Assembly: GCA_964502885.1 (NCBI GenBank) | Contig: CAZCXU010000001.1 | Coordinates: forward strand, 17,994-81,993 | Direction: 5' to 3' | DNA from: an uncultured Gammaproteobacteria bacterium | GTDB taxonomy: Bacteria; Patescibacteriota; Microgenomatia; CAZETR01; Amesbacteraceae | DNA length: 64,000 bases | Part shown: positions 19,812 through 30,536 of the stretch, in pieces | Position numbering within the stretch: position 1 is the first letter of the stretch | Layout of the letters: every line of letters begins with the position of its first letter | Notes under the pieces: model-generated | Seen by the model: the letters and a program-made list of their open reading frames with translations, nothing else | Told to the model about the DNA's origin: nothing | Databases searched by the model: none | Translations under genes and position numbers: made by a program

Positions 19812-20088
19812 ACACCCAATTATTTCAGAAAAAACCATGAGATTGGTTGGAGAGAACCGTTATACATTCGCGGTTGACCCTAAAGCTACAAAAATTGACA
19901 TCAAAAGAGTGGTAGAGAGGGTGTTTGGACATAAGGTTCTGAAAGTGCAAACCATTACGGTCTCGGGAAAAACCTACAGAACCGGCCGAAGATGGATCAT
20001 GCGGAGAAAGTCAGATTGGAAAAAAGCGATAGTAACCCTGGAACCTGGAAAGCAGATTGATTTATTTGAGGTCACCAAAGCAGCGTAA
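19801..20088 (+). CDS. rplW: 50S ribosomal protein L23
   Basis: 95 aa. PIISEKTMRL...YTFAVDPKATKIDIKRVVE L23 fold signature. Correct operon position. Confidence 0.9.
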   Translation: MLIKHPIISEKTMRLVGENRYTFAVDPKATKIDIKRVVERVFGHKVLKVQTITVSGKTYRTGRRWIMRRKSDWKKAIVTLEPGKQIDLFEVTKAA

Positions 20089-20091
20089 AAT

Positions 20092-20919
20092 ATGTCATTA
20101 AAACTGTACAAACCTATCACTGCCGGAATGAGGTTTTCCTCAGGTTTAGACTATTCAAACCTCAGCAAAAAACGACCAGAGAAAGCTTTGGTGCGTATTT
20201 TGCAAAAGCAAAGCGGGAGAAACTCATCCGGTAAGGTAACTACCCGACACCAGGGAGCACGCGAAAAGCGTTTCCTGCGTGAAATCGACTGGAAAAGAAA
20301 TCTTGATGGAGTAAAGGCAAAAGTAACAGCATTGGAATATGATCCAAACAGAACCGCAAATATTGCCTTGCTCTGTTATGAAAACGGAGAGAAAAGATAC
20401 ATTTTGGCACCTGAGGGCCTTGTTGTCGGACAAACAATTATGAGTGGCGAGACCGCTCCGCTAGTATCAGGCAACAGCTTGAACCTGGCCCACATTCCCG
20501 TGGGGACGATGGTTCATAATTTGGAGATCGTCCCGGGTAAGGGGGCACAAATGGTAAGAAGTGCGGGTGCAGCAGCCGTGGTATTTGGTTTCGAAGAAGA
20601 GTATGCTCTGGTAAAATTGCCATCTGGTGAGATCAGGCGGTTTTTGCCTACCTGCCGAGCGACAATCGGGCAACTTGGCAATACCGAATGGAAGAACATC
20701 AACTTTGGTAAAGCGGGAAGACGCAGGCACATGGGTATTCGCCCCACTGTCCGCGGCACCGCACAAAATCCCCGGAGCCATGCTCATGGCGGCGGAGAGG
20801 GACGAAGTGGAGAGGGTATGCACCCCAAGACTCCGTGGGGTAAGCCCGCCAGAGGCAAGAAAACCAGGGGTAAGTTTAAGTTTTCTAATAAATTTATTGT
20901 TCAAAGGAGAAAGAAATAA
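20092..20919 (+). CDS. rplB: 50S ribosomal protein L2
   Basis: 275 aa. Conserved L2 C-terminus ...[28 protein letters not shown]. Confidence 0.95.
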   Translation: MSLKLYKPITAGMRFSSGLDYSNLSKKRPEKALVRILQKQSGRNSSGKVTTRHQGAREKRFLREIDWKRNLDGVKAKVTALEYDPNRTANIALLCYENGEKRYILAPEGLVVGQTIMSGETAPLVSGNSLNLAHIPVGTMVHNLEIVPGKGAQMVRSAGAAAVVFGFEEEYALVKLPSGEIRRFLPTCRATIGQLGNTEWKNINFGKAGRRRHMGIRPTVRGTAQNPRSHAHGGGEGRSGEGMHPKTPWGKPARGKKTRGKFKFSNKFIVQRRKK

Positions 20920-21203
20920 TGGCTAGATCAGCTAGAAAAGGACCATACATTGATAAAGCTTTGCTTAAAAAAGTAGCAAAGATGCGTCAAACTGGCAAAA
21001 AGGAGCCGGTAAAAACATGGGCTAGAGCCAGTCAAATTCCGCCGGAATTTGTGGGTTTTACATTCAGTGTTCATGCCGGTAATAAATTTGTCGACGTATT
21101 TGTCTCTGAATCAATGGTGGGCCACAGACTGGGAGAGTTTTCTCCAACCAGAACATTCAGAGGTCACGGCGCGATTGTTAAAAGAACTATGGATAAAACT
21201 TAA
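20919..21203 (+). CDS. rpsS: 30S ribosomal protein S19
   Basis: 94 aa. [19 protein letters not shown]...[16 protein letters not shown]. Confidence 0.95.
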   Translation: MARSARKGPYIDKALLKKVAKMRQTGKKEPVKTWARASQIPPEFVGFTFSVHAGNKFVDVFVSESMVGHRLGEFSPTRTFRGHGAIVKRTMDKT

Positions 21204-21206
21204 CAT

Positions 21207-21575
21207 ATGGATAATCAATCAAATAAAATTATTTATGCTCGTTCGAGCTTTGTACACACTAGCCCAAGAAAACTTAGGTTGGTGGCGAGAGCTGTGGCCA
21301 AGCTTTCCCCTATGCAGGCAATTAATCAGTTGCGGGTTATGGATAAGAAAGCTGCTACCCCTATCTTAAAAGTAATGGAGCAAGGTGTGGCAAACGCCAA
21401 GAACAATTTTCAGATTTCTCCAGCAGCGCTCAAGATTGACTCTCTTCAGATAGAAGAAGGGCCGCGAGGAGGCAAAAAGACCGATAAATCTCATAGTGCA
21501 AGATTTGATCGTGGTATTAAAAGAAAGAGACTAGCTCATATTTTATTAAGATTAGCTTCCACAGAGGAAAAGTAA
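21207..21575 (+). CDS. rplV: 50S ribosomal protein L22
   Basis: 122 aa. ARSSFVHTSPRKLRLVARAV L22 N-terminus. Confidence 0.9.
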   Translation: MDNQSNKIIYARSSFVHTSPRKLRLVARAVAKLSPMQAINQLRVMDKKAATPILKVMEQGVANAKNNFQISPAALKIDSLQIEEGPRGGKKTDKSHSARFDRGIKRKRLAHILLRLASTEEK

Positions 21576-21576
21576 A

Positions 21577-22242
21577 ATGGGACAAAAAGTAAATCCAATA
21601 GCCTATCGCCTACCACTCGCAACAACGAGTAATTGGAAATCTCGATGGTTTACAACAAATCCCAGAAGATATCAGGAATACCTGGCATCTGATGTCATGC
21701 TTCGAGAAGCGCTCATGAAACGACTGTCGATAGCTTCGGTTTGCGATATTCAGATCGAAAGATCATTGAAAAGCATGAGAATCATCATTTATGTAACTCG
21801 ACCAGGTGTGGTAATTGGAAGAGGAGGTTCAGGTCTTGAAGATTTAAAGAAATTCATATATCAGGTTTTGGGATTTGCACGAAACATTGATAAGGCTCCA
21901 AAGATTGATCTGCAAGTTGAGGAAGTCAAAGAGCCGGATCTGAACGCCTATTTGGTTGCGTACAAGATCGCAGAGCAATTAGCCAAGAGGATGCCAGCAC
22001 GAAGAGTTGTGAAGAAAACAATGGAGCGCACAATGCAATCGAGAGCGCTTGGCATCAAGATACTACTGGCAGGCCGTATTGGAGGTGCAGAAATATCCAG
22101 AAAAGAACTCTACCAGACTGGATCGGTGCCGCTCCAAACTCTGCGAGCTGATATAGACTATGCACAGGTACCCGCTTTGACAAGATCAGGTTATATAGGA
22201 GTAAAAGTCTGGATCCACCGGGGAGAGAAAAAGACTAATTAA
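21577..22242 (+). CDS. rpsC: 30S ribosomal protein S3
   Basis: 221 aa. MGQKVNPIAYRL, KH domain, C-terminal domain. Confidence 0.95.
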   Translation: MGQKVNPIAYRLPLATTSNWKSRWFTTNPRRYQEYLASDVMLREALMKRLSIASVCDIQIERSLKSMRIIIYVTRPGVVIGRGGSGLEDLKKFIYQVLGFARNIDKAPKIDLQVEEVKEPDLNAYLVAYKIAEQLAKRMPARRVVKKTMERTMQSRALGIKILLAGRIGGAEISRKELYQTGSVPLQTLRADIDYAQVPALTRSGYIGVKVWIHRGEKKTN

Positions 22243-22245
22243 AGT

Positions 22246-22647
22246 ATGCAACCTAAAAAGCAAAAATATCGAAAGCAATTCCGTGGCCAGATGCCAGGAA
22301 AGTCTTACCGAGGGGCGGAAGTGTCTTTTGGGGAGTTCGGGCTGAAAGCTATGGACCGGGGGTGGTTATCTTCGAGGCAGATTGAGGCCGCAAGAAAGGC
22401 CATTGCAAAAGACGCCAAAAGAGGGGGGAAGTTGTGGATTCGAGTGTTTCCCGATAAACCCGTTACCAAGAAAGCTTTGGGGGTAAGAATGGGATCCGGT
22501 AAAGGTGATATCCATGAATATGTGGCTGTAATTAAGCCCGGAAGAATTTTATTTGAAACAGCTGGTATAACTCGTGATGTAGCAGAAGTGGCATTCAAAA
22601 ACGCTGCAGCAAAAATTCCGTTTAAAGTTAAATTAGTGAGTAAGTAA
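22246..22647 (+). CDS. rplP: 50S ribosomal protein L16
   Basis: 133 aa. MQPKKQKYRKQFRGQ...RMGSGKGD L16 signature. Confidence 0.95.
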   Translation: MQPKKQKYRKQFRGQMPGKSYRGAEVSFGEFGLKAMDRGWLSSRQIEAARKAIAKDAKRGGKLWIRVFPDKPVTKKALGVRMGSGKGDIHEYVAVIKPGRILFETAGITRDVAEVAFKNAAAKIPFKVKLVSK

Positions 22648-22651
22648 TAAT

Positions 22652-22900
22652 ATGGCAACAAAGAAGACTGATAACAAAAAACAACCCATCGTCAGGTGGG
22701 CAGATATGACTGTGCAGGAGCTGGCCTCAGCTCTCAAAGAAAAGCAGCTTCTTCTGGCAAAGAAAAAATTGGATTTAAAGACTGGCAAATTACCAAACCG
22801 TAAAGAGGTATTTTTCCTACGCAAAGAAATTGCGCGTATTCAGACATCTGCGACTTCAAAAATGAGGCTAAATAGTGTAAAATTGGAGGCTAAATCATGA
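22652..22900 (+). CDS. rpmC: 50S ribosomal protein L29
   Basis: 82 aa, helical. MTVQELASALKEKQLLLAKKKLDLKTGKL matches the L29 pattern. It sits between L16 and S17. Confidence 0.85.
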   Translation: MATKKTDNKKQPIVRWADMTVQELASALKEKQLLLAKKKLDLKTGKLPNRKEVFFLRKEIARIQTSATSKMRLNSVKLEAKS

Positions 22901-23142
22901 AAACTTTAACAGGTAAGGTGGTGTCCTGCAAAATGCAAAAAACTGCGGTAGTAGAGGTTGTAAGATTTGTAGCCCACCCAATGTATCAAAAACGAATTAG
23001 AAACACCAAGAAATTTCACGCACATTGTGAGATACCTGTGGAGAATGGTGACACCGTAAAACTGTCTGAATCAAAACCCATTTCAAAAACCAAAAACTGG
23101 ACAGTTATAAAAGTGCTGAAAGGTAAAAATGGTACAACTTAG
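22897..23142 (+). CDS. rpsQ: 30S ribosomal protein S17
   Basis: 81 aa. KTLTGKVVSCKMQKTAVVEVVRFVAHPMYQKRIRNTKKFHAH. Confidence 0.9.
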   Translation: MKTLTGKVVSCKMQKTAVVEVVRFVAHPMYQKRIRNTKKFHAHCEIPVENGDTVKLSESKPISKTKNWTVIKVLKGKNGTT

Positions 23143-23500
23143 AACAATGCTTAATCCCGCTGATAACAGTGGAGCGAAACGCCTGAGATTGATTCATGTC
23201 ATGGGAGCCTGGAAAAAGACGTACGCACACATTGGCGATGTCGTAACTGCGGTTGTAGACAAAGCTGACCCAAATGGAGTGGTAAAAGACTCTGAAGTGG
23301 TAAAGGCCGTTATAGTGCGCACAAGAAAAGAGACACGAAGGAAAGATGGAAGTTATGTGCGATTTGACGACAATGCTGCTGTAATAATTGATCCAAAGTC
23401 TGGCGACCCACGGGCCACTAGAGTTTTCGGACCAATAGCGCGTGAAGTAAAAGACGCAGGTTACTCAAAAATTGCCTCGCTTGCAGCAGAGGTTGTTTAA
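23129..23500 (+). CDS. rplN: 50S ribosomal protein L14
   Basis: 123 aa. MVQLRTMLNPADNSGAKRL aligns with the L14 N-terminus MIQQETRLKVADNSGAR. Confidence 0.9.
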   Translation: MVQLRTMLNPADNSGAKRLRLIHVMGAWKKTYAHIGDVVTAVVDKADPNGVVKDSEVVKAVIVRTRKETRRKDGSYVRFDDNAAVIIDPKSGDPRATRVFGPIAREVKDAGYSKIASLAAEVV

Positions 23501-23505
23501 CAAAT

Positions 23506-23814
23506 ATGAAATTTAAAAAGAATGATCAGATCCAAGTAATGTCCGGCAAAGACCGAGGCAAACAAGGCAAGATCGAAAAGGTTTTTACCAAAGAAGAAGT
23601 GGTGCTTGTGCGAGGAGTGGGTCTGTACAAGAAACATCGCAAGTCTCAGGGTGAAAATCGTCCAGGTGAGATATTAACCCTGGAGAGACCTATCGCCACC
23701 TCTAAACTTGCCCTGGTATGTCCCAAATGTAACGCACTAACGCGAGTGGGTTATTTAGTTAAAAATGATAAAAAGACACGAGTCTGCAAAAAATGTAAGG
23801 GGGAAATAAACTAA
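23506..23814 (+). CDS. rplX: 50S ribosomal protein L24
   Basis: 102 aa. KKNDQIQVMSGKDRGKQGKI KOW motif. Confidence 0.9.
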   Translation: MKFKKNDQIQVMSGKDRGKQGKIEKVFTKEEVVLVRGVGLYKKHRKSQGENRPGEILTLERPIATSKLALVCPKCNALTRVGYLVKNDKKTRVCKKCKGEIN

Positions 23815-23815
23815 T

Positions 23816-24358
23816 ATGAATATCAAGGATATTTATCACAATCAGGCTTTGCCGCAAGTGATGGAAGAGTTTGGCATTAAGAATGTTATGGCAGCTCCTA
23901 AAATCAAAAAGATCGTCCTTAACATCGGTCTAAAAGAGGCGGCACACGACAAGGGAGTCTTGGAAAAGGCCAAAGAGCAACTGATGGCCATCGCTGGACA
24001 AAAGCCAAAAGTTACCACGGCTAAACTGTCTATCGCCAGCTTTAAAGTGAGAGAGGGAGATCCAGTAGGGCTTACCGCAGTGCTACGAGGCAAGCGCATG
24101 TACGATTTCATGACCAAACTTATTCTAATAGCATTGCCGCGCGTGAGAGATTTTCAGGGAGTTTCAAAAAAGGCGTTTGACCAAGCTGGAAACTACACAC
24201 TGGGACTCTCTGAACAAACTGTTTTTCCGGAAATAGATTATTCTAAGGTTGATAAAATCCGAGGATTGGAGATTACTTTTGCGATTAAAAATAGTAATGC
24301 TAAAATTTCACACAAACTACTGTCCTTAATGGGCATGCCGTTTGAGAAGAAAGACTAA
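23816..24358 (+). CDS. rplE: 50S ribosomal protein L5
   Basis: 180 aa. L5 core with [17 protein letters not shown]. Confidence 0.95.
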   Translation: MNIKDIYHNQALPQVMEEFGIKNVMAAPKIKKIVLNIGLKEAAHDKGVLEKAKEQLMAIAGQKPKVTTAKLSIASFKVREGDPVGLTAVLRGKRMYDFMTKLILIALPRVRDFQGVSKKAFDQAGNYTLGLSEQTVFPEIDYSKVDKIRGLEITFAIKNSNAKISHKLLSLMGMPFEKKD

Positions 24359-24363
24359 ACAAT

Positions 24364-24552
24364 ATGGCTAAAACATCAAAAATAGTAAAACAGACCTTGG
24401 GAAATCTGAAGTATCCGACTCAGTTCCGCAATCGTTGCACACGGTGCGGCAGACCGAGAGGATATATTCGGATGTTTGGTTTGTGTCGACTTTGTTTCAG
24501 AGATTTGGCAAATCGAGGAGAGTTACCTGGAGTAAGAAAGGCGTCATGGTAA
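24364..24552 (+). CDS. rpsZ: 30S ribosomal protein S14, zinc-binding type Z
   Basis: 62 aa. [38 protein letters not shown] carries the CxxC...CxxC motif. Confidence 0.9.
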   Translation: MAKTSKIVKQTLGNLKYPTQFRNRCTRCGRPRGYIRMFGLCRLCFRDLANRGELPGVRKASW

Positions 24553-24926
24553 CAGACAGGTTGTCGGATTTCGTTACGAGAGTAAGAAATGCCTATCTGG
24601 CAGGATTGCCATCATTGTCAGTGCCCAGCACGAAGATGATTGAACAGGTGGCTAGGGTGTTGGTGGAAACTAAATATTTGGCATCGGCAGTAAAAGAAGA
24701 AGGAAATCTCCAAATAACATTGAGATATTCAGGAAAAACTCCGGCAATTACCGGCATTGAAAGAGTCAGTCGTCCCGGGGCCAGAATTTATCGTGGAGTG
24801 GACAACTTACCGAAAGTACTTGGCGGACTAGGAATTAACATATTGACCACACCTAAGGGAGTTATTTCTGATAAACAAGCCAAGAAGATTAATGCTGGCG
24901 GCGAAGTTATCGTCAAAGTCTGGTAA
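24546..24926 (+). CDS. rpsH: 30S ribosomal protein S8
   Basis: Start placed at ATG 24546 ([20 protein letters not shown], the canonical S8 N-terminus). It overlaps the S14 stop. The ORF-track start at 24435 lies inside rpsZ. Confidence 0.9.
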   Translation: MVTDRLSDFVTRVRNAYLAGLPSLSVPSTKMIEQVARVLVETKYLASAVKEEGNLQITLRYSGKTPAITGIERVSRPGARIYRGVDNLPKVLGGLGINILTTPKGVISDKQAKKINAGGEVIVKVW

Positions 24927-24930
24927 TCAT

Positions 24931-25467
24931 ATGTCAAGAATTGGTAAATCCCCAATAAAAATCCCTTCCAGCGTGCAATTTGAACTTGCGGATAGAGTTG
25001 TTTCCGTAGACGGCCCCAAAGGTCATCTAAAAATGCGGCTGCCTGATCATGTCGAGATAAAAAGAGAAGCAGAAATAGTTAATGTAGCAATTAGCAAACC
25101 TGAACACGCCAATTTGCACGGTCTAACAAGAACACTAATCCAAAACATGGTCACGGGCGTAGTAGACAACTGGACTCGCATCCTAGAATTGAACGGGACT
25201 GGATTTAGGGCGACTACTAACGGTTCAGACTTACAGTTAGCCCTGGGTTTTTCGCACCCAGTGACTATCAAGGCTCCGGAAGGAATAAGTTTTGAAGTGA
25301 AAGAAACAAAAATAACCGTTAGAGGGGCAGATAAGTCGCTAGTTGGAGAAATAGCTGCTAAAATTAGAGCCCTTAAACCAGCTGATCCGTATAAAGCAAA
25401 GGGCTTCAAGTATGACAACGAAGTTATCGTAAGAAAGGCCGGTAAGGCGGCAAAAGCAGGAGCCTAG
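24931..25467 (+). CDS. rplF: 50S ribosomal protein L6
   Basis: Start at ATG 24931 (MSRIGKSPIKIP), right after the S8 stop at 24924-26. 178 aa. Confidence 0.9.
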   Translation: MSRIGKSPIKIPSSVQFELADRVVSVDGPKGHLKMRLPDHVEIKREAEIVNVAISKPEHANLHGLTRTLIQNMVTGVVDNWTRILELNGTGFRATTNGSDLQLALGFSHPVTIKAPEGISFEVKETKITVRGADKSLVGEIAAKIRALKPADPYKAKGFKYDNEVIVRKAGKAAKAGA

Positions 25468-25471
25468 TACC

Positions 25472-25792
25472 ATGAAAATTGTAAGACAAAAACATCAGGA
25501 TACCAAGCGCTTTTCCCGCACGAAAGGTAAGCTTGAAACAACAAAACGAGCACACAAACTTCTTGTGAGGCGCAGTAATAAGTTTATCTATGCTCAAATT
25601 CTTGAGCTTTCGTCCGGAAAAACCTTAGCCGGGGTAAAAGCGGCAAAAGCCTCTGAGGCAGGAAAGCTGATAGCTGAAAAGGCCAAAGAACTGAAGGTGG
25701 AGGAAATTGTTTTTGATCGAGGATCAAAAAAATATCATGGGCAGATTAAGTTACTAGCAGATGCCGCCAGACAGGGAGGGTTGGTTTTCTAA
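25472..25792 (+). CDS. rplR: 50S ribosomal protein L18
   Basis: 106 aa. [16 protein letters not shown]18 signature. Confidence 0.9.
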   Translation: MKIVRQKHQDTKRFSRTKGKLETTKRAHKLLVRRSNKFIYAQILELSSGKTLAGVKAAKASEAGKLIAEKAKELKVEEIVFDRGSKKYHGQIKLLADAARQGGLVF

Positions 25793-25796
25793 AAAT

Positions 25797-26255
25797 ATGA
25801 ATACTTTTGAAAGACAACCAAGAGAATTTGACGAGAAAGTTGTACAAATTAATCGGGTAAGCAAAAAGACCAAGGGAGGAAATCGTGTCAGTTTTGCTGC
25901 ATTGATGGTGGTCGGAGATAAAAAGGGTCGAGTGGGTGTTGGTTTGGGGAAAGCTGTTGATGTCTCCTCCGCAATGAAGAAGGCCAGTATCGCGGCGCAA
26001 AAGAAAATGATAACAGTGGCAATGAGGGGGACAACTATTCCCCACGAAGTCAGAATAAAATTTGGCGCTGCGAGAATAATTCTGAAACCCGCTCCAGCCG
26101 GAAGTGGGGTTATTGCCGGAGGTTCGGTGAGAGCAGTTGTGGAAGCGGCCGGAATTAGAGATGTGATAGGCAAGATATTGGGAACCAATAACAAAATCAG
26201 CAATGTCTATGCGACTTTTGAAGCACTAACCCGCCTGAAACAAAAAACACTATGA
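25797..26255 (+). CDS. rpsE: 30S ribosomal protein S5
   Basis: Start at ATG 25797 ([28 protein letters not shown]), after the L18 stop. 152 aa. Confidence 0.9.
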   Translation: MNTFERQPREFDEKVVQINRVSKKTKGGNRVSFAALMVVGDKKGRVGVGLGKAVDVSSAMKKASIAAQKKMITVAMRGTTIPHEVRIKFGAARIILKPAPAGSGVIAGGSVRAVVEAAGIRDVIGKILGTNNKISNVYATFEALTRLKQKTL

Positions 26256-26698
26256 ATTTAGCAAATTTACCTAAGATAGTGAGTCATAAATCCAAACGAG
26301 TTGGACGTGGAATAGGCTCCGGTAAAGGCGGCCACACCACTGGCCGTGGCAATAAAGGCCAAAAAGCTCGCGGTAATATGTCGCCGCTTTTTGAAGGCAC
26401 TAAAGCCAAGAAGTCGTTTATTAAAAGATTGCCTCTACTTCGAGGAAAGGGAAGAATGAAGCCTATTTCCGCAAAACCGACAATTATTAATCTGAGTGAC
26501 TTATCCTCGTGGAACAAAGAACAAAAAGTTAACTTAGCAAATTTAGTGAAGAACGGCCTGGTGAATGAACGCACAAACTCCGTAAAAGTACTTGGAAGCG
26601 GAGAAATCGGTAAGGCCCTGCAGTTTGAAAAGGTATTAGTTTCAGCGTCTGCCCTAAAAAAGATAGAATCAGCGGGTGGAAGCGTAAATAAAAAATAA
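26252..26698 (+). CDS. rplO: 50S ribosomal protein L15. It follows S5 directly, so there is no L30 gene.
   Basis: 148 aa. [26 protein letters not shown]. The S5 end overlaps the L15 start by 4 nt, which leaves no room for rpmD. Confidence 0.9.
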   Translation: MNLANLPKIVSHKSKRVGRGIGSGKGGHTTGRGNKGQKARGNMSPLFEGTKAKKSFIKRLPLLRGKGRMKPISAKPTIINLSDLSSWNKEQKVNLANLVKNGLVNERTNSVKVLGSGEIGKALQFEKVLVSASALKKIESAGGSVNKK

Positions 26699-26707
26699 CG
26701 ATAAGTT

Positions 26708-27997
26708 ATGAAGAATGTTTTCTTGACCCTGAAACAGATATGGGGGGCGAGAGATTTAAAAAGAAAGATCCTGTTTTCAGCTGGGCTACTCCTAATTTAT
26801 AGGTTTCTGGCTCATGTTCCAGCTGCGGGAGTGGATCGTGATGCGTTGTCCAGTCTGTTTTCATCGTCGCAGATTCTGGGACTTTTGGATATTTTTTCCG
26901 GAGGTACTTTGGCGAATTTCAGCTTAGTTGCTTTGGGATTGGGACCATACATTAATGCTTCAATAGTAATGCAACTACTGACAGTAATATTCCCGAAACT
27001 TGAAGAGATGCAAAAAGAGGGAGAATCGGGAAGAGAAATTATTAATCAATACACCAGATTACTAGCGGTTCCAATTGCGATCGCGCAGGCTTTTGCAATG
27101 TACTTTTTATTAAAAAGCCAGGGAGTCATCGGGAATCTCGATGCGGTCAATCTTCTGGCCTTGATAACGACCATGACAGCTGGCACTATTCTGACAGTTT
27201 GGCTAGGAGAATTAATAACAGAGTATGGGGTCGGTAACGGAATTAGCTTACTTATCTTTGCCGGAATAGTGGGCAGACTTCCTGTAATAGTTGGTCAGAC
27301 AGCAATCACTTTGGAAACGATCGACCCAATAGCGCTGATGGCGTTTGGGTTGGTGGGATTAGTGGTAGTAGCGGCGGTAGTATTTATGAATGAAGCGTCC
27401 AGAAACATTGTCGTCCAATATGCAAAGAGAGTGAAGGCTGGAAAAACATATGGGGGGCAGTCTACGCATCTACCACTGCGAATTAATCAGGCGGGAGTTA
27501 TCCCGATAATATTTGCGGTATCTTTAGTGTTGCTACCCTCTATGTTGGGCCGTTTTTTTGAACAGTTGCCGAATCCAGCCATAGTTCAGGCGGCCAGAAA
27601 TGTGACGGCTTTTATGACCCCGGGCGGACTTCCTTATAACTTTATCTACTTTGCCTTGGTTGTGGGTTTTACATATTTTTATACAGCAATAGTATTTAAT
27701 CCGGAAAAAATTGCTGATGACTTAAAAAAGTATGGGGGTTTTATTCCCGGTGTTCGTCCTGGCGAGGCCACAGTTGCATATCTGTCTGGTGTTCTAAACC
27801 GGATCACCTTTGCCGGAGCTATATTCTTAGGGCTTATCGCCATACTTCCAGCAGTAATGCAGGAGGTGCTAAACGTGTCTTCGTTGTCTATCGGAGGAAC
27901 AGGTTTACTGATTGTCGTCTCGGTAGTACTCGAAACTACAAAATCACTGCAGTCACAACTTTTACAACGCAACTATGAGAACTTTTTACATATATGA
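26708..27997 (+). CDS. secY: Preprotein translocase subunit SecY
   Basis: 429 aa, 10 TM segments. [15 protein letters not shown] motif. Confidence 0.95.
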   Translation: MKNVFLTLKQIWGARDLKRKILFSAGLLLIYRFLAHVPAAGVDRDALSSLFSSSQILGLLDIFSGGTLANFSLVALGLGPYINASIVMQLLTVIFPKLEEMQKEGESGREIINQYTRLLAVPIAIAQAFAMYFLLKSQGVIGNLDAVNLLALITTMTAGTILTVWLGELITEYGVGNGISLLIFAGIVGRLPVIVGQTAITLETIDPIALMAFGLVGLVVVAAVVFMNEASRNIVVQYAKRVKAGKTYGGQSTHLPLRINQAGVIPIIFAVSLVLLPSMLGRFFEQLPNPAIVQAARNVTAFMTPGGLPYNFIYFALVVGFTYFYTAIVFNPEKIADDLKKYGGFIPGVRPGEATVAYLSGVLNRITFAGAIFLGLIAILPAVMQEVLNVSSLSIGGTGLLIVVSVVLETTKSLQSQLLQRNYENFLHI

Positions 27998-28647
27998 ATT
28001 TAGTCATATTGGGTCCGCAAGGATGTGGTAAGGGGACACAGGCGGAACTTTTAGAACAAAAGTATGGCCTGCTTCGTATTGAGACGGGAAAAATTCTTAG
28101 ACAAATAGCCAATTCCGACCATCCGCTCGCGAAACAGATCCGTGAAACAATGCTGTCTGGGAAATTGGTGTCAGATGAAATACTGGAGATGGTACTTACA
28201 GAAAAAATGTCCAGCAGAAAAACCGGGTTTATATTTGATGGTACACCCAGAGATTTAATTCAATATCACCTCATTCAACGGATACTACAAAACATGCAAT
28301 CCCGTCTGGATATGGTGATCGTCATAACAATAAGCGAAGAGGAGTCAATCCGAAGACTTTCTTCTAGAAGAACTTGTGAAAATTGTAACGAAATATTTAA
28401 TATTGTGACTAAGCCACCAAAAACCAGTGATGTTTGTGACGAATGCGGAGGTAAATTAGTTTTTCGAGAGGATGACACACCAGAATCCATTAAGCGACGT
28501 TTGGCAATTTACCATAAGAGTACTATTCCCGTGATTGAGACAGCAAAAACTGAGGGCAAGTATTTAGAAATTGACGGTGAACAGCCAATTGAAGTAATTC
28601 ATAATCAAATTGTTTCTGGCATAGAGGCAGCAGATATTAATGGATAA
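27994..28647 (+). CDS. adk: Adenylate kinase with a Cys4 zinc LID
   Basis: 217 aa. [19 protein letters not shown]-loop. The LID domain reads CENCNEIFN...CDECGGKL. Confidence 0.9.
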   Translation: MNLVILGPQGCGKGTQAELLEQKYGLLRIETGKILRQIANSDHPLAKQIRETMLSGKLVSDEILEMVLTEKMSSRKTGFIFDGTPRDLIQYHLIQRILQNMQSRLDMVIVITISEEESIRRLSSRRTCENCNEIFNIVTKPPKTSDVCDECGGKLVFREDDTPESIKRRLAIYHKSTIPVIETAKTEGKYLEIDGEQPIEVIHNQIVSGIEAADING

Positions 28648-29398
28648 GTTTTCATTAAAAACGCCTGAGCAAATTCGCATAATGGCGGAGGGAGGCAAAA
28701 TACTGGGGATGATACGCAGAAAATTGGCAGGATTAGTGAATCCAGGCATAACAACTATGGATATTGAAAACCTCGCTAATGATCTGATATCCAAGTCGGG
28801 AGGACAGGCATCATTTAAAATGGTCCCGGGATATCATCATGCCACATGCATAAACGTAAATGAGGTGGTGGTACACGGTATTCCTGATCAAAGGAAGCTC
28901 AAGGAGGGAGATGTTGTGGGTATTGATGTGGGGTTGTTTTACAAGGGGTGGCATACTGATACTTCAGTGACTGTCGGGGTAGGAAAAGTCAATCAAGCCA
29001 CCAAGACTTTCTTGGATACTGGAGAAGCCGCGCTAATGGCGGCTATTGCTCAGGCCAGGCCAGGAAACCGAATCATGGACCTGTCGATACAAATGCAAGA
29101 CGGAGTAGAAAAAGCCGGATACGCCGCCGTGAGATCTCTGACCGGACACGGGATAGGTAGGCATCTACACGAAGAACCAGCAATCCCCTGCTTTCGCCTG
29201 GGAAACCGTTCAAATAGCCCACTTATTCAAAAAGGCATGGTGATTGCCGTAGAAATCATGTACAACGCCGGGGCCTGGGAAGTCGAGTATAAAAACGACG
29301 ACGGTTGGACAATAGTCACGGCCGATGGTAAAATATCGGGGCTGTTTGAGCATACTTTGGCTATTGGTGACGATGGCCCGGTAGTTTTGACAGATTAA
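28640..29398 (+). CDS. map: Methionine aminopeptidase type I
   Basis: 252 aa. Metal ligands are present in D...D...H...E...E order (GHGIGRHLHEEP). Confidence 0.9.
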   Translation: MDKFSLKTPEQIRIMAEGGKILGMIRRKLAGLVNPGITTMDIENLANDLISKSGGQASFKMVPGYHHATCINVNEVVVHGIPDQRKLKEGDVVGIDVGLFYKGWHTDTSVTVGVGKVNQATKTFLDTGEAALMAAIAQARPGNRIMDLSIQMQDGVEKAGYAAVRSLTGHGIGRHLHEEPAIPCFRLGNRSNSPLIQKGMVIAVEIMYNAGAWEVEYKNDDGWTIVTADGKISGLFEHTLAIGDDGPVVLTD

Positions 29399-29401
29399 AG
29401 A

Positions 29402-29641
29402 ATGGTAGACCAGAAAAATTTAGTAATTGAGGGAATGGTGGTAGAAAACCTGCCTAATACCATGTTTCGAATCAAAATCGAAACAGGTGGACCCTCAGAG
29501 CTGACTGGGCAGTTGGTGCTTTGCACAATTGCAGGCAGAATGAGACTAAATTATGTGCGTCTATTGCCTGGGGATCGGGTTAGATGTGAAATCAGCCCGC
29601 TAGATATGACCAGGGGTCGGATTATATATAAACTTAGATAA
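29402..29641 (+). CDS. infA: Translation initiation factor IF-1
   Basis: 79 aa, S1-like. GMVVENLPNTMFRIKIETGG...GRMRLNYVRLLPGDRVRCEISPLDMTRGRIIYK. Confidence 0.9.
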   Translation: MVDQKNLVIEGMVVENLPNTMFRIKIETGGPSELTGQLVLCTIAGRMRLNYVRLLPGDRVRCEISPLDMTRGRIIYKLR

Positions 29642-29645
29642 CTAA

Positions 29646-29759
29646 ATGAAAGTACAAGCATCCATTAAATCACGTTGCAGAAATTGCAAGATTATCAAAA
29701 GGAAAAGAGTTCTGTTTGTTATTTGCAGCAACCCAAAGCACAAGCAGAGACAAGGATAA
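29646..29759 (+). CDS. rpmJ: 50S ribosomal protein L36. Too short for the ORF track.
   Basis: Manual translation gives [37 protein letters not shown] (37 aa). This is the canonical L36 zinc ribbon, with C...C...C...H, in the expected position between infA and rpsM. Confidence 0.85.
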   Translation: MKVQASIKSRCRNCKIIKRKRVLFVICSNPKHKQRQG

Positions 29760-29761
29760 TT

Positions 29762-30178
29762 ATGCCAAGAATTGCCGGTATTGATATCCCCGAAAAGAAA
29801 CGCGTTGATATTTCCCTGACATATGTTTATGGCATAGGCAGAACAAATGTGGGAGAAGTGATTAAAGCTGCAAATATTGACCCCGCTAAAAGAGTTGCAT
29901 CTTTGACTTCTGAAGAATTACTGAGAATTCAGAAAGTTGTTGAGGGAATGAAGGTAGAAGGAGACCTGAGAAAACAAATTGCCGGTAACATTACCCGTCT
30001 AAAAGAGATTGGGTCGTATCGAGGTATGCGACACGCAAAGGGATTGCCCAGCAGAGGACAACGCACCCGAACTAATGCCAGAACAAAACGAGGCAAGAGA
30101 ATGACTATTGGCGCCCTTAAGAAAGAGGTGTTAGCTAAAGTTGAAGCAGCAAAGAAAGAAAAGACGGCTGCTAAATAA
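29762..30178 (+). CDS. rpsM: 30S ribosomal protein S13
   Basis: Start at ATG 29762 (MPRIAGIDIP). The ORF-track 5-prime extension overlaps rpmJ. Confidence 0.9.
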   Translation: MPRIAGIDIPEKKRVDISLTYVYGIGRTNVGEVIKAANIDPAKRVASLTSEELLRIQKVVEGMKVEGDLRKQIAGNITRLKEIGSYRGMRHAKGLPSRGQRTRTNARTKRGKRMTIGALKKEVLAKVEAAKKEKTAAK

Positions 30179-30181
30179 AAT

Positions 30182-30529
30182 ATGAATAACCAAGGTAAAG
30201 TGTTTGTCACAGCAACTTTCAACAACACACTGGTGTCAATTACAGATGCCTCTGGAAATGTTGTTGCCTGGGGTTCAGCTGGAGCTTCTGGATTTAAAGG
30301 GGCGAGGAAATCAACTCCATACGCTGCAACTACGGCCGTTGAAGCGACAGCAAGAAAAGCTCAATCTGCAGGCATTAAAGAAGTTGAAGTCTACCTAAAA
30401 GGACCAGGTGCGGGACGAGATGCCGCCCTAAGAGCACTGAAGGCCGCCGGAATGAAAATGTCTTTGATCGCTGATGTGACGCCCATGGCGCACAATGGAG
30501 CCAGACCCAAGAAAAAAAGGAGAGTTTAA
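30182..30529 (+). CDS. rpsK: 30S ribosomal protein S11
   Basis: 115 aa. [18 protein letters not shown]...[13 protein letters not shown]. Confidence 0.9.
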   Translation: MNNQGKVFVTATFNNTLVSITDASGNVVAWGSAGASGFKGARKSTPYAATTAVEATARKAQSAGIKEVEVYLKGPGAGRDAALRALKAAGMKMSLIADVTPMAHNGARPKKKRRV

Positions 30530-30536
30530 GGTGGGA